A stretch of DNA of 64,000 nucleotides from an uncultured bacterium (GCA_964655475.1 CAZZMO010000004.1:11377-75376), one strand, 5' to 3'. Shown: positions 47,046 through 57,050, numbered from the stretch's first letter. Numbers and translations: made by a program. The notes: generated by a model from the sequence alone, not told the origin.

Positions 47046-47407
47046 AGTGACACCTCGGTCAGTATGAGTCGGAAACTTTCTTCAGTAAGAGGCTTTCTAA
47101 GGAAGAGGACGGAGTGTTCTTTTGCCTTTTTTTTATCATCAGGATCGATCGAAATGGTGAGCATGACGATAGGGGAACATAAAGGGATCTCTTTTCGGTA
47201 TCTTGTAAGAAATTGCCATCCATTCATCCGAGGCATATTGATATCGAGTAGAATCAAAGAGGGGGGTGGGTGGATCTTTAAAAAGGAAAGAGCCTCTTCA
47301 CCATCATGAGCTACATCTACTCTGGCGACGAGTCCGCTATGGCGAACAACGTATGTTGTATAGAGATTGGTGTCATCGTCATCATCAATAATGAGTAGGC
47401 TATCCAT
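47042..47407 (-). CDS. single-domain response regulator (Rcp1/CheY-like)
   Basis: Likely start MDSLLIIDDD at 47407; LILLDINMPRMNGWQFL, IVMLTIS, KPL. Confidence 0.88.
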   Translation of the reverse strand: MDSLLIIDDDDDTNLYTTYVVRHSGLVARVDVAHDGEEALSFLKIHPPPSLILLDINMPRMNGWQFLTRYRKEIPLCSPIVMLTISIDPDDKKKAKEHSVLFLRKPLTEESFRLILTEVSL

Positions 47408-48467
47408 TGTAGAGATCCTTCGCGATAGAAAAATAGAAGGTGCTCCCTTCTCCAAAGGTTGATTCTGCCCAAATTTCTCCTTCGTGGAGATTCGCAATCT
47501 TTTTGCAGTAGGCAAGGCCAATCCCTGTCCCTTCATATTCAGAATGTTTATAGTAGCGGTGAAAGGGTTCAAAGAGCTTTGTGAAGAATGTAGGATCGAT
47601 CCCTACTCCATGATCTTTCACTGAAAAGATCCACTCAGTACTCGTTTCTTCCGCTGAAAGAAGGATCAGAGGGGGAGCTCCTGGTTTTTGGAACTTGATC
47701 CCATTGGTGATGAGGTTTTGTAACAGTTGTTTAAATTCTAATGGATAACCTCTGATGGAGGGGAGGGGAGAGAGGACTTTGATGTCTGCTTTTGTCGTTT
47801 GGATGAGAGTTCCTAAGTCGATGAAGATCTCTTGCAAAATCTCTTCACATTCAATCCCATCTACCACAAGTGATCCTTGATTGACTTTAAGAAGAAGCAA
47901 GAGATTGTGGATTAACTGAGACATCCTCTCGCTTGAGTGGACAATCCCATTCAAGAAGATCTTACTCTCTGCATCTATTTGATGCTCGAGTCTTTTTTGT
48001 AAAATGAAGGCAGATTGCTGCAGGGTATTTAATGGTTCTTGCAAATTGTGAGAGGCGATGTAGACAAATTGCTCTAGCTCAGAGTTCAGTTGCTTGAGCC
48101 ATGCCTCTTGTTTCTTCGCATCAGAGAGACTCTTACACGTCAAAAGAAAGTAGTAATTGCTGTTCGAGAGGATGGGGGATAGGTGGAGATCGATTTGGAA
48201 TTCTTCCCCATTTTTCTTTAACCCGTAGATTTCTAGGCTTTTCCATTTTCGACGCTCCTCTTCTGAGGAGAGGTACTCTTCCCTGATGCGGAGGTGATGT
48301 TCTCTAAATCGTTGAGAGATCAGAAGTTCTACGATTTGATTTTCCATTTCAGTGGTTTTATATCCAAAGAGCTTTTCAGCTTGTGAGTTCATCATTAAAA
48401 TCATCCCTTGCTGATTTATAAGTATCGCAGCATCAGGAATCGCTTCTAATAAACTTTCTAATCTCAT
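47400..48467 (-). CDS. cytoplasmic PAS-domain histidine kinase
   Basis: PAS (AIPDA...NSQAEKLFGY, KKNGEEF); H-box ASHNLQEPL; QNLITNGIKF, DHGVGI, GTGIGL, GEGSTFYF. Confidence 0.9.
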   Translation of the reverse strand: MRLESLLEAIPDAAILINQQGMILMMNSQAEKLFGYKTTEMENQIVELLISQRFREHHLRIREEYLSSEEERRKWKSLEIYGLKKNGEEFQIDLHLSPILSNSNYYFLLTCKSLSDAKKQEAWLKQLNSELEQFVYIASHNLQEPLNTLQQSAFILQKRLEHQIDAESKIFLNGIVHSSERMSQLIHNLLLLLKVNQGSLVVDGIECEEILQEIFIDLGTLIQTTKADIKVLSPLPSIRGYPLEFKQLLQNLITNGIKFQKPGAPPLILLSAEETSTEWIFSVKDHGVGIDPTFFTKLFEPFHRYYKHSEYEGTGIGLAYCKKIANLHEGEIWAESTFGEGSTFYFSIAKDLYNG

Positions 48468-48522
48468 GTTCGCGATATTAAAAAAATTGCAATTTTATGA
48501 CTATTTCTTTTATCAAAATAAT

Positions 48523-48804
48523 ATGATTCCAGAAGAATTATTGAACTTATATAACTCAAAAATCTCTATCAAATTGGATGAGCTTCAACAGTTTATTATT
48601 CAAGGGGATATGGATCTCTTAAAACAATCCGTTCATAAGCTCAGAGGTAGTAGCGGGACTTATGGCTACTCATCTGTGAGTGAAGAATGTGCGAAGTGGG
48701 AGGGGGAGTTATTGAGAGGAGAAAAGCAAACTAGTAGCGAACATTTGATGAAGATCAGGAAGTTATTTGATGAACAAACAAGGGAAAATCGTCCTCGTCG
48801 ATGA
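48523..48804 (+). CDS. stand-alone Hpt phosphotransfer protein
   Basis: VHKLRGSSGTYGY matches the Hpt HxLxGSxGxxG motif; likely ATG at 48523. Confidence 0.85.
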   Translation: MIPEELLNLYNSKISIKLDELQQFIIQGDMDLLKQSVHKLRGSSGTYGYSSVSEECAKWEGELLRGEKQTSSEHLMKIRKLFDEQTRENRPRR

Positions 48805-49144
48805 TGATGAGACAATCGTAGAATTATTACAGTATTGGTTTCGTCATCAAGGATTTGAGACCATGAACTTCAGCAGTGGCACTCCAGTCCTCCCTTATCT
48901 TCATCAACATCAAGAAGAGATTTCCCTCGTCATCCTCGATAGACTCTTGCCCGACATGGATGGAATTGAGCTCCTTGATGGAATTCCTGAGCATGTTCCT
49001 GTATTGATTCTAAGCGTGCTAGGCTCAGACAAGGATGTATTAGAGGGGATTAGGAGGGGAGCGGTTGACTACATGTCGAAGCCTTTTAATGTAGATATTT
49101 TAGTGGAAAAGTCCAAGTCTTTGATGTTTAAGAATCATGTATGA
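48770..49144 (+). CDS. single-domain response regulator
   Basis: LVDDD, VILDRLLPDMDGIELL, GAVDYMSKPF. Confidence 0.9.
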   Translation: MNKQGKIVLVDDDETIVELLQYWFRHQGFETMNFSSGTPVLPYLHQHQEEISLVILDRLLPDMDGIELLDGIPEHVPVLILSVLGSDKDVLEGIRRGAVDYMSKPFNVDILVEKSKSLMFKNHV

Positions 49145-50114
49145 GTATGAATACCGTTTTTTAGTTCTCCTCATCGAAACCATGATGATTTTGTTCTCTC
49201 TTTTTTGTGTCGCTGCTATCTGCCATTGGTTTTATAGCCACTTCGTAGAGAAAAGGGTCATTAAGAGAAGATTGGAGCTCTCCCGCTACGTATTAGAATT
49301 ATTAGAGAGCGAAAGTTCACCCATATCAGTAAAATCGATCAAGGATCTCATCATTGTCTTAGAGTCATTTGATCGAAATTTTTCTGATGAGCACTGGAAG
49401 ACTTTAAAAGAGAGTGTGGCTAAACGCTACATCCTTCCCAAAACGAGAAAATGGGTCTATAGCGCTTCATGGGAGACGCGCTCTTTTGCAGCTAGAAGCT
49501 TTGCCCTTGTTCCTGATCTAGGTGATGAGGGGCTCATTTTGGAACTCTTAAGAGATCGACGTTTTGTGATTAGTAGCAAAGCCGCTTCAGCAGTAGTTGC
49601 GATCCAGAGTGAAAAAGGGGTAGAAAAGATCATAGAGATCTCTTCTCAAACCCGAGGCTTTATGCTCCATTACTACCGAGACCTTTTTGCAAAAGCACCT
49701 CTCTCGGTCCAGAAAATCCTGATTGAAAAAGGGAAAAATTCCCGGTACCGAGAGACTGTTTTACAGCTCTTATCGAAACATATGCTCCACTTATCGATCC
49801 CTTTTTTGGAAGAGGGGTTTGTTTCAGAAGATCGAGAGGTGAAAAAAGCAGCCATTGAACTTTGCCGAGAGGGGAGCTCTTCACTACTCCCTTTTTTACA
49901 AGACCCTGATCACACCGTTCGTATACAAGCGATTGAATCACTTCAAGCTTTTGTTGATAAGGAGACCGCTAAGGATTTACTCCTTTCATTAGAAAGAGAT
50001 GAACACTGGGAAGTGAGACTTGCTGCAGCCAAAGCATTGAAAAAAGTGGGGGAGATCGATTTGCTGAAAAATAGGGGTGAAATGTCCCGCTACGTACTGG
50101 AGAAAGAGATATGA
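49137..50114 (+). CDS. membrane-anchored HEAT-repeat protein
   Basis: N-terminal TM helix; HEAT units such as LQDPDHTVRIQAIESL and DEHWEVRLAAAKAL. Confidence 0.85.
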   Translation: MYEYEYRFLVLLIETMMILFSLFCVAAICHWFYSHFVEKRVIKRRLELSRYVLELLESESSPISVKSIKDLIIVLESFDRNFSDEHWKTLKESVAKRYILPKTRKWVYSASWETRSFAARSFALVPDLGDEGLILELLRDRRFVISSKAASAVVAIQSEKGVEKIIEISSQTRGFMLHYYRDLFAKAPLSVQKILIEKGKNSRYRETVLQLLSKHMLHLSIPFLEEGFVSEDREVKKAAIELCREGSSSLLPFLQDPDHTVRIQAIESLQAFVDKETAKDLLLSLERDEHWEVRLAAAKALKKVGEIDLLKNRGEMSRYVLEKEI

Positions 50115-51529
50115 TTGTGACTTGGATGGTCGCTCTCCAGCCCTTTTTTATCTGGTATTTCGGTATTGTGAATCTCATCTATCTTCTTCTTGTCATTTTT
50201 GGATCGTTCCAAGCCTATGCAAGGAAGAGAGAGCTCTCTCACGAAGATGTGACTCAAGTGCTTCAATCTAATGAACTTCCTGAATTTACCTTTCTCATTC
50301 CGATGTTCAATGAAGCGGAGTGTATTTTTGAAACCGTCGGGAATGTCCTTCGCCTCGATTATCGGTATAAAAAAGTGATCGTAGTGAATGATGGCTCTCA
50401 TGACAAGTCTCTTGAGATTCTGATCAACGGTTTTCAGATGCTTCCCATTCCAAAAATTTATGACGACACCCTCGCCACTCAGCCCATCCGCACAGTTTAT
50501 CAAAGTGCAACTTACCCAGAGCTCATCTTGATCGATAAGCCGAATGGGAGGAAGTATGATGCGATCAATGCAGGGTTGAATGCGAGTCCGAGCCCCTATT
50601 TCATCGTATTTGATGCGGATACTTATATTGATAATCATGGGTTTGAAACCTTGATCCGACCGATCTTAAAAGATGAACATACAATCTGTGTTGGAGCGAG
50701 TATTAGGATCAAGAATGGGTGTGAGATTTCTTATAACCGCCTCTCAACCTTAAAATATCCGGCATCTCTTTTGACTGCGATTCAAGGGGTTGAATACCTT
50801 CGCGCTTTCACAGCACGCCTTGGATGGAATGTCCTCAATGCCAATTTCGTTATATCAGGAGCATTTGCCGTTTTCCCGAAAACTCTTGTCGTTGAGGCAG
50901 GGGGATTTAGCGATACGATTGGGGAAGATATGGAGATCGTGATCAGACTCCACCGGATGATGATAGAACAAAAAAAACGGTACAAAGTGCTCTATCTTTC
51001 TGATCCTGTAGCCTGGACGATCGTTCCGGAAAAGTGGGGAGAGCTTGCCAAGCAGAGGGTGAGGTGGCATTTAGGACTTTTAGAGTCTCTTTGGCACCAC
51101 AAGAAGATGTTTTTTAACCCCCGCTATGGACTCATGGGTCTTTTTGTCTACCCATTTTGGGTGTTTGGAGAGCTTTTAGCCCCATTGATTGAAGTGTTTG
51201 GATATATTTATGTAATCGTTGCATGGCATTTGGGGGTGCTTCTTTGGCCCTCTTTCTTTCTTTATTTAGCGGTGACACTGGGGATGTCATTTCTGATCGC
51301 TGTCTATTCCCTATTTGTGGAAGAGATCAGTTTCAGAAAGTATCCCGTTGCTAGAAGTATGATCATGCTCTTTTTGGCCTGCATAGTAGAAAGTGTTGGG
51401 TATCATCAACTGACTCTATTTTGGAGAGTTTGGGCCTTTCCTCAGTTTTTTGCTAAATACCGCCGGATCAGTAAAGAAGAAGTCTCGATTCAGAAAAGAG
51501 TGGCCAGTGAGGTGGAATGGGTCGAATAA
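50111..51529 (+). CDS. processive GT2 glycosyltransferase (PgaC/IcaA/chitin-synthase-like)
   Basis: PMFNE, VNDGSHD, FDADT, ISGAFAVF, GEDME, QRVRW; N- and C-terminal TM helices. Confidence 0.92.
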   Translation: MIVTWMVALQPFFIWYFGIVNLIYLLLVIFGSFQAYARKRELSHEDVTQVLQSNELPEFTFLIPMFNEAECIFETVGNVLRLDYRYKKVIVVNDGSHDKSLEILINGFQMLPIPKIYDDTLATQPIRTVYQSATYPELILIDKPNGRKYDAINAGLNASPSPYFIVFDADTYIDNHGFETLIRPILKDEHTICVGASIRIKNGCEISYNRLSTLKYPASLLTAIQGVEYLRAFTARLGWNVLNANFVISGAFAVFPKTLVVEAGGFSDTIGEDMEIVIRLHRMMIEQKKRYKVLYLSDPVAWTIVPEKWGELAKQRVRWHLGLLESLWHHKKMFFNPRYGLMGLFVYPFWVFGELLAPLIEVFGYIYVIVAWHLGVLLWPSFFLYLAVTLGMSFLIAVYSLFVEEISFRKYPVARSMIMLFLACIVESVGYHQLTLFWRVWAFPQFFAKYRRISKEEVSIQKRVASEVEWVE

Positions 51530-53034
51530 TACAATTATCTGCAGGTATGATCGCAGTAGTTATGGGTTGGGTTTTTATTCTCGCTTGGCATTTAGAAATC
51601 TATTCTCTACTAAGGCTTTCCTCATCAGATTATCAAATCTCCTATATGTCATCGATGGCTGTCTTTTTATCGGGTGTAGCTCTTCTTTTCTTCATGAGCC
51701 AAAGGTTGATCTTTATCGGGAAAATCTTAGGTGGCGTGATATTATTGTATGCAAGTTGCCGACTCTTTGAAATCGTGTCATTGACCGATGTGGTGACGAC
51801 AAATCCTTGGTTTCAGCGCCTTTTTTTCGTGCCTCCTGGCGGCTCAATCTCTTTTATGAGGCTGATGAGTTCTTTTGGATTTATCTACTATGGCATGGTA
51901 TTACTTTTTTGGCCGGCAAAAATTCCCTCTCTCAAAGGGAGTCTGATCGTCATTGTCTTTTCATTTTTAACGATCCTCTCTGGGTTGATGGGGGTCATTT
52001 CTTATGTGTTTCCCTTTAGAGCCTTCTTAGAAAGGGGAGATACAAGCTCCATCCATGCCTACACCCCTATTCTATTGATCATTCTGGGAATTGGATCGAT
52101 TGGAGCGCGCTTTTCTATAGATTATAAGCAGATCACTCTCTCGAGCTTTTTACCAATTCTTTGTGGTTTAGTTCTTGTGGTTGCAACCATTATATTAGGC
52201 CTTGGTATTCAAGCTGATAGGGTAAGAGTGGCATGGATGGCCATTCTTTATATCGGTGGGGGAATGATTGCAGTAACGATGGCCCTCTTGATCTACCACT
52301 GGCAATTAGAGAGAAAGGTAACGATCGCACAAAAAGTGGCCAAGCAAGCGAAAACAGAATACATTTCTGCAATCAGTCATGAAATGAGGACTCCATTAAC
52401 CACCATTCATGGTGTGTTGGGTTTATTACAAATGCACAACGATTTTTCTGAAAAGACGCTGAGTCAAATCCATCTCGCTTATAAAAACTCAGAGATCCTC
52501 ATCAGAATCATCAATGATTTTCTCGATGTAGAGCGATTAGAAGTAGGGAAATTTTCTGTTCATAAGATCCCTATCCGATTACAACAAGTCTTACATGAAG
52601 CTGTTACATCTCAGCAACCCATTGCTGAGAAGAAGCAGATCAAGATTTATGAACGTTATAAGGAATCCTCTCTCATTGTTTTAGGAGATCATGAGAGGCT
52701 TGTCCAGGTTATGACGAATTTTCTTTCGAATGCGATTAAATACTCCCACTCTAAAGGAATCATTGATGTATTGATCCAGGAGGAAAAGAATCAAGTGAGA
52801 GTACTCATTAGAGATTCAGGGGCAGGAATTCCTCAACAGTTTCAACATCAAGTTTTTCAGAAATTTTTCATCGATTCTTCAAGAACTACAAGCATTGGAC
52901 TCGGTCTCAGCATTGCCAAGGGGATCATCGATCAGCTTGGAGGAGAGGTGGGTTTTATCTCCAAAGAAAACGAAGGGTCAACTTTTTATTTTACCTTAGA
53001 AAAAGCAGATTATGAAGAAGAAACCGCTGCGTAA
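51517..53034 (+). CDS. multi-TM sensor histidine kinase
   Basis: About 8 TM helices; ISHEMRTPL, NFLSNAIKY, DSGAGIP, GLGLSI, GSTFYF. Confidence 0.92.
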   Translation: MGRIIQLSAGMIAVVMGWVFILAWHLEIYSLLRLSSSDYQISYMSSMAVFLSGVALLFFMSQRLIFIGKILGGVILLYASCRLFEIVSLTDVVTTNPWFQRLFFVPPGGSISFMRLMSSFGFIYYGMVLLFWPAKIPSLKGSLIVIVFSFLTILSGLMGVISYVFPFRAFLERGDTSSIHAYTPILLIILGIGSIGARFSIDYKQITLSSFLPILCGLVLVVATIILGLGIQADRVRVAWMAILYIGGGMIAVTMALLIYHWQLERKVTIAQKVAKQAKTEYISAISHEMRTPLTTIHGVLGLLQMHNDFSEKTLSQIHLAYKNSEILIRIINDFLDVERLEVGKFSVHKIPIRLQQVLHEAVTSQQPIAEKKQIKIYERYKESSLIVLGDHERLVQVMTNFLSNAIKYSHSKGIIDVLIQEEKNQVRVLIRDSGAGIPQQFQHQVFQKFFIDSSRTTSIGLGLSIAKGIIDQLGGEVGFISKENEGSTFYFTLEKADYEEETAA

Positions 53035-53425
53035 GCTCTTGATCGTCGATGATGATGAAGATATTTTATTTGTTGTAGAAGCAGCTCTCGAGAGTATGAA
53101 AGAGGTAGAAATTCAATATGCTACTTCTGGTCTTGATGCATTTGAGAAAGCAAAAATATTTCATCCCGATATGATCATCATGGATGTCCTCATGCCCATC
53201 ATGGGAGGGATTGAAGCGCTTCATCTGATAAGAAAAGAGCCACTTCTACAAGAGATTCCCATCATATTTTTTACTGCAAGGGCTCAAGTAGAAGAACTTG
53301 CATTTTACAAAAGTCTTTCAGTACTCGATGTCCTTGTCAAACCTTTTGACGCTCCTAAACTTGCCTTTACCATTGAAAATATGTGGCAACAGTCATTTAA
53401 AACTGGTAGAGAAGAGAGGCGTTGA
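53012..53425 (+). CDS. single-domain response regulator
   Basis: LIVDDDED, DMIIMDVLMP, IPIIFFTA, KPFD. Confidence 0.9.
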   Translation: MKKKPLRKLLIVDDDEDILFVVEAALESMKEVEIQYATSGLDAFEKAKIFHPDMIIMDVLMPIMGGIEALHLIRKEPLLQEIPIIFFTARAQVEELAFYKSLSVLDVLVKPFDAPKLAFTIENMWQQSFKTGREERR

Positions 53426-55187
53426 TATTCCAGTCGCTGTAGGGGAGGTTGTTGTGGAAGTAATGCCCTTCGAGTTTTACTTCCCAAAGATCCTGGAGGG
53501 CGTGGGTGATATTGGCAATGATGAGATTTCCATTCAAAGATTGGCGGTTTGCGGTGAAGAGAAAAGTACCGATCGGTTGAATGAAGTGTTTGGTGAGCTG
53601 CCATACATGCTCATAGTGAACACCAAATGTGGTAGCAGGTTGTAGAGGAATCGCCAAGTAGATCCCCACTTTATTTACAAACTGATCTTGATAAGAAAAA
53701 TAGTTCGTCGTGAGTTCGTGGAAATGGGAATGTTGGAATTGATATTCTCCGCGGAAGTATTTAGAGAGATAGGGGATGTGAGATCTGAGCCAGAGAGATT
53801 CCGTTGTTTGCCAATTATGGATCGAGTCATCAAAGTAGATTTTTCTGAGTGATGCTTCTAGTTCTGGGCGTAAGTTTACATCTGGTCTAAATAAATAGCG
53901 GAGCTCTCCAGTGAGAATCTGTAGTAGATCGGTTTCTGTATAGGTAAAGTTTTTGGTAAAAAAAGATTCAACCCGAACTTCTCCACAGATCAAATGGGGT
54001 GCGTAGCGGTAGATCAGAGCTGTCCCTGGTTCGAATCGATTTGTCGAGGAGAAGGGGAAACTCATGTCCCCAATCGGTGATGCGTGAAAGAGGCGGAGGA
54101 TCAAATCCCACGTCCAACATTTTGCAAAATCGAGAGAAGAGAGAAACGCTCCCCCCTCTTCTTGTACATTGTAGTTAGTCCCTGGGATGTAGATGTTTTT
54201 TTCTTTCTGCTGGTAGTAAAAACCTTGTGCATTGAGATCCCAAGCAAGGGTGATCGGGATGTTGAGTGTCCCTTCTATGTAGAGGTAGTAATCTTTTACT
54301 ACAGGGATTGCAATCGTTGGATCACTCTCTTTAGCCTGAGTATAAGTGCTTGAAAGAAGAAGGGTGGGCTCGATATAAGATTTCACCTCCCTTAGCTCAT
54401 ACCATGTAGGCATATCACTCGGATTTTCAGTCAAAAAGAGGGAAAATTCCTCTTTTGCATCGACAAACTTTCGCTGCCGAACGAGAGCTCTCGCGAGGTG
54501 TTTTTTTGCTGTGGGGCCTGCTTCTCGGTAGAGCTTTTCCGCCTCTTCCCAATTTCCCTCCATCATGTAAATTTGTGCTAATTGGAAGCTTGCTTCTGGA
54601 TCATTGTGCCGAAGCTCCAGACACCGAATAAATTTCTTCTTCGCTTCATCCACTTGATTGAGGCGCATGTAAGCGAGGCCTGTATAGAAAACGATATCGA
54701 TATTTTTCGGAGAACATTCATAGAGCGCTTTAAAAAGTTGCAGACATTCAGGGATATGCTCATTTTCATGAAGCCAATAAGTGCCCACCATTTCTAGTCC
54801 ATGAAAGCTCTGTTTTCCACAAGGATCAATCTGGAAAGCTTTCCAAAACGCTTCATAGGCCTCTACGTAGTCGTGAGTCCAATAGTTGAGATATCCCACC
54901 TGAATGAGAGCGTAGGAAAACTCAGGATCTTTTGCGATGGCGAGATCGAGGTAGCGCTCTGCTTCTTCTGCTTGCCCCGCGAGCATATAGAGAAGGCCGA
55001 GTTCATAAGCATCTTCGGCGCTCATCGGTTCTTGATGATGGAGGAGAAAAATAGGGATCTCCCTTGCAGCATCAGCAGAATAGGGAGGCGGAGTCGACAT
55101 CGGTTCAGGAAGGGGAAAAATCCTAGCAGAAAGCCACAGCGGAAGAAGGAGAAAAAAGAATCTTTTTCGAAGTAGAAGCTCTAGCAT
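53397..55187 (-). CDS. TPR-repeat plus outer-membrane beta-barrel protein (polysaccharide export porin-like, PgaA/YaiO-type architecture)
   Basis: Signal peptide; N-half TPRs; C-half aromatic amphipathic strands ending WNINASLLYQF (BAM beta-signal). Confidence 0.75.
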   Translation of the reverse strand: MLELLLRKRFFFLLLPLWLSARIFPLPEPMSTPPPYSADAAREIPIFLLHHQEPMSAEDAYELGLLYMLAGQAEEAERYLDLAIAKDPEFSYALIQVGYLNYWTHDYVEAYEAFWKAFQIDPCGKQSFHGLEMVGTYWLHENEHIPECLQLFKALYECSPKNIDIVFYTGLAYMRLNQVDEAKKKFIRCLELRHNDPEASFQLAQIYMMEGNWEEAEKLYREAGPTAKKHLARALVRQRKFVDAKEEFSLFLTENPSDMPTWYELREVKSYIEPTLLLSSTYTQAKESDPTIAIPVVKDYYLYIEGTLNIPITLAWDLNAQGFYYQQKEKNIYIPGTNYNVQEEGGAFLSSLDFAKCWTWDLILRLFHASPIGDMSFPFSSTNRFEPGTALIYRYAPHLICGEVRVESFFTKNFTYTETDLLQILTGELRYLFRPDVNLRPELEASLRKIYFDDSIHNWQTTESLWLRSHIPYLSKYFRGEYQFQHSHFHELTTNYFSYQDQFVNKVGIYLAIPLQPATTFGVHYEHVWQLTKHFIQPIGTFLFTANRQSLNGNLIIANITHALQDLWEVKLEGHYFHNNLPYSDWNINASLLYQF

Positions 55188-55259
55188 GTTTTTTACAGAA
55201 CAGAAGAAATGATCTTCTATAAATTTTGCTTGACGAGCCCTTTTTTTGCACCCTAAAAA

Positions 55260-57050
55260 CTAGCGCTTGAGGGCGACTAATAGGATCGAAATGTCAGCAA
55301 AAGAAATGCCGATGAGACGAGAAGCTTGCCCAAGGTTATCGGGACGAATCTTCTTTAAGAGCTCTCTCGCTTCGTTGCTCAAACTTTTAACTGAAGTGTA
55401 GTCAAAGTCGAGAGGGATGGAGACCCGGTCAAGTTCTTCAAGTTTTTGGATATCACTCATCTGCCGCTTGATGTATCCAGCATACTGGATGTCAATGGTG
55501 ATCTGGCGGTTGATGTCTTCTCCATGATCGATCACGCTATCAGGATATTGCAAAGAGAGTTTTTCGTAGGTAAAATCTGGCTGGCAGAGGAGCTTTTTCT
55601 GAGGGATGGTGAGACTTTCGATCTGTAATCGGATCGCTTCTTGTTTTTTCTTGAAGGTCTGATACTGCTCTTCAGAGATCATGCCGAGCTGATAGCCATG
55701 TTCTCGAAGGCGGAGGTCTGCATTGTCTTGGCGCAAGATGAGGCGGTGCTCAGCTCGGCTTGTGAACATGCGGTAAGGCTCTGTCAATTCTTTGGAGATG
55801 ATGTCTTCAATCATAACCCCAATGTAGGCTTCAGAGCGGAGAAGGATGAAAGGAGCTCTTTTTTGCACTTTTCTCACTGCATTAATCCCTGCAATGAGCC
55901 CTTGACCTGCCGCTTCTTCATAGCCTGTTGTTCCATTAATCTGTCCTGCGCAAAATAGCCCTTCAATGAGTTTAGTTTCGAGTGTCATCTTCAACTGACC
56001 ACTCACCATGTAGTCATATTCGATGGCATAAGCAGGGCGTAGGATTTCTACATTTTCCAATCCAGCAATCGAGCGGATCATCGCAAATTGTACATCGAAA
56101 GGAAGTGATGTGGAGATTCCGTTGACATAGACTTCGTTGGTATGAAGCCCTTCTGGTTCTAAAAAGAGTTGGTGCCTTTCTTTATCGGCAAATCTTGTCA
56201 CTTTATCTTCAAAAGAGGGACAGTATCGGGGACCCACTGATTTGATCGCTCCTGAAAACATCGCCGAGCGCTTGAGATTGGCAAGGGCGATTTTTTTCGT
56301 CTCTTCATTCGTGTAGGCAATCCAGCAAGAAACTTGAGGTAGACGGGGCTCTTTTTCATCGAACGAGAAAACAACACCCTCTTCTCCTGGCTGCTCTTCC
56401 ATGACACTTGTGTCGATCGATCGAGAGTTGATCCGGGGGGGCGTTCCCGTCTTGAGACGTCCCAGTTTGAATCCCAAATCGAGGAGAGATTTCGAAATGC
56501 CAACAGCAGGTTTATCCCCAGCTCTCCCAGCTCCAAAATGGATGCCGCCGATGTGGATGAGCCCTTGCATGAAAGTGCCAGCAGATAAAATGACCGTTTT
56601 GCCGCGGTATGAAATCCCTTCTTGGGTCGATACGCCAACGATCTGATTCCCTTCTACGAGAAGAGTTTCCGTCGTTCCTTGCATGATGTATAAATGGGGA
56701 GTATTTTCAAGAACCCTCTTCATTTCGAGGGCATAGGCCGCTTTGTCTGATTGGACTCTTGGAGACCATACAGCAGGCCCTTTGCTGCGATTGAGCATCC
56801 GAGACTGAATTCCAGTGCGGTCTGCTACCTTGCCCATGATCCCACCAAGAGCGTCAATTTCCCGAACGATGTGCCCTTTCGCTGTCCCCCCGACGGCAGG
56901 GTTGCAGCTCATCTTGGCAATCGTATCGAGATTCATGGTTAAGAGTAAAGTAGAGGCGCCCATTTTAGCTGCAGCATGCGCTGCTTCACAGCCAGCATGA
57001 CCCGCCCCAATGACAATAACATCAAACTCTGTGGGGTAAAACCACGACAT
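55260..57050 (-). CDS. mnmG: tRNA uridine 5-carboxymethylaminomethyl modification enzyme MnmG (GidA)
   Basis: GAGHAGCEAA, MSCNPAVGG, RLKTGTPPR, GPRYCPS, GQINGTTGYEEAA. Confidence 0.97.
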   Translation of the reverse strand: MSWFYPTEFDVIVIGAGHAGCEAAHAAAKMGASTLLLTMNLDTIAKMSCNPAVGGTAKGHIVREIDALGGIMGKVADRTGIQSRMLNRSKGPAVWSPRVQSDKAAYALEMKRVLENTPHLYIMQGTTETLLVEGNQIVGVSTQEGISYRGKTVILSAGTFMQGLIHIGGIHFGAGRAGDKPAVGISKSLLDLGFKLGRLKTGTPPRINSRSIDTSVMEEQPGEEGVVFSFDEKEPRLPQVSCWIAYTNEETKKIALANLKRSAMFSGAIKSVGPRYCPSFEDKVTRFADKERHQLFLEPEGLHTNEVYVNGISTSLPFDVQFAMIRSIAGLENVEILRPAYAIEYDYMVSGQLKMTLETKLIEGLFCAGQINGTTGYEEAAGQGLIAGINAVRKVQKRAPFILLRSEAYIGVMIEDIISKELTEPYRMFTSRAEHRLILRQDNADLRLREHGYQLGMISEEQYQTFKKKQEAIRLQIESLTIPQKKLLCQPDFTYEKLSLQYPDSVIDHGEDINRQITIDIQYAGYIKRQMSDIQKLEELDRVSIPLDFDYTSVKSLSNEARELLKKIRPDNLGQASRLIGISFADISILLVALKR

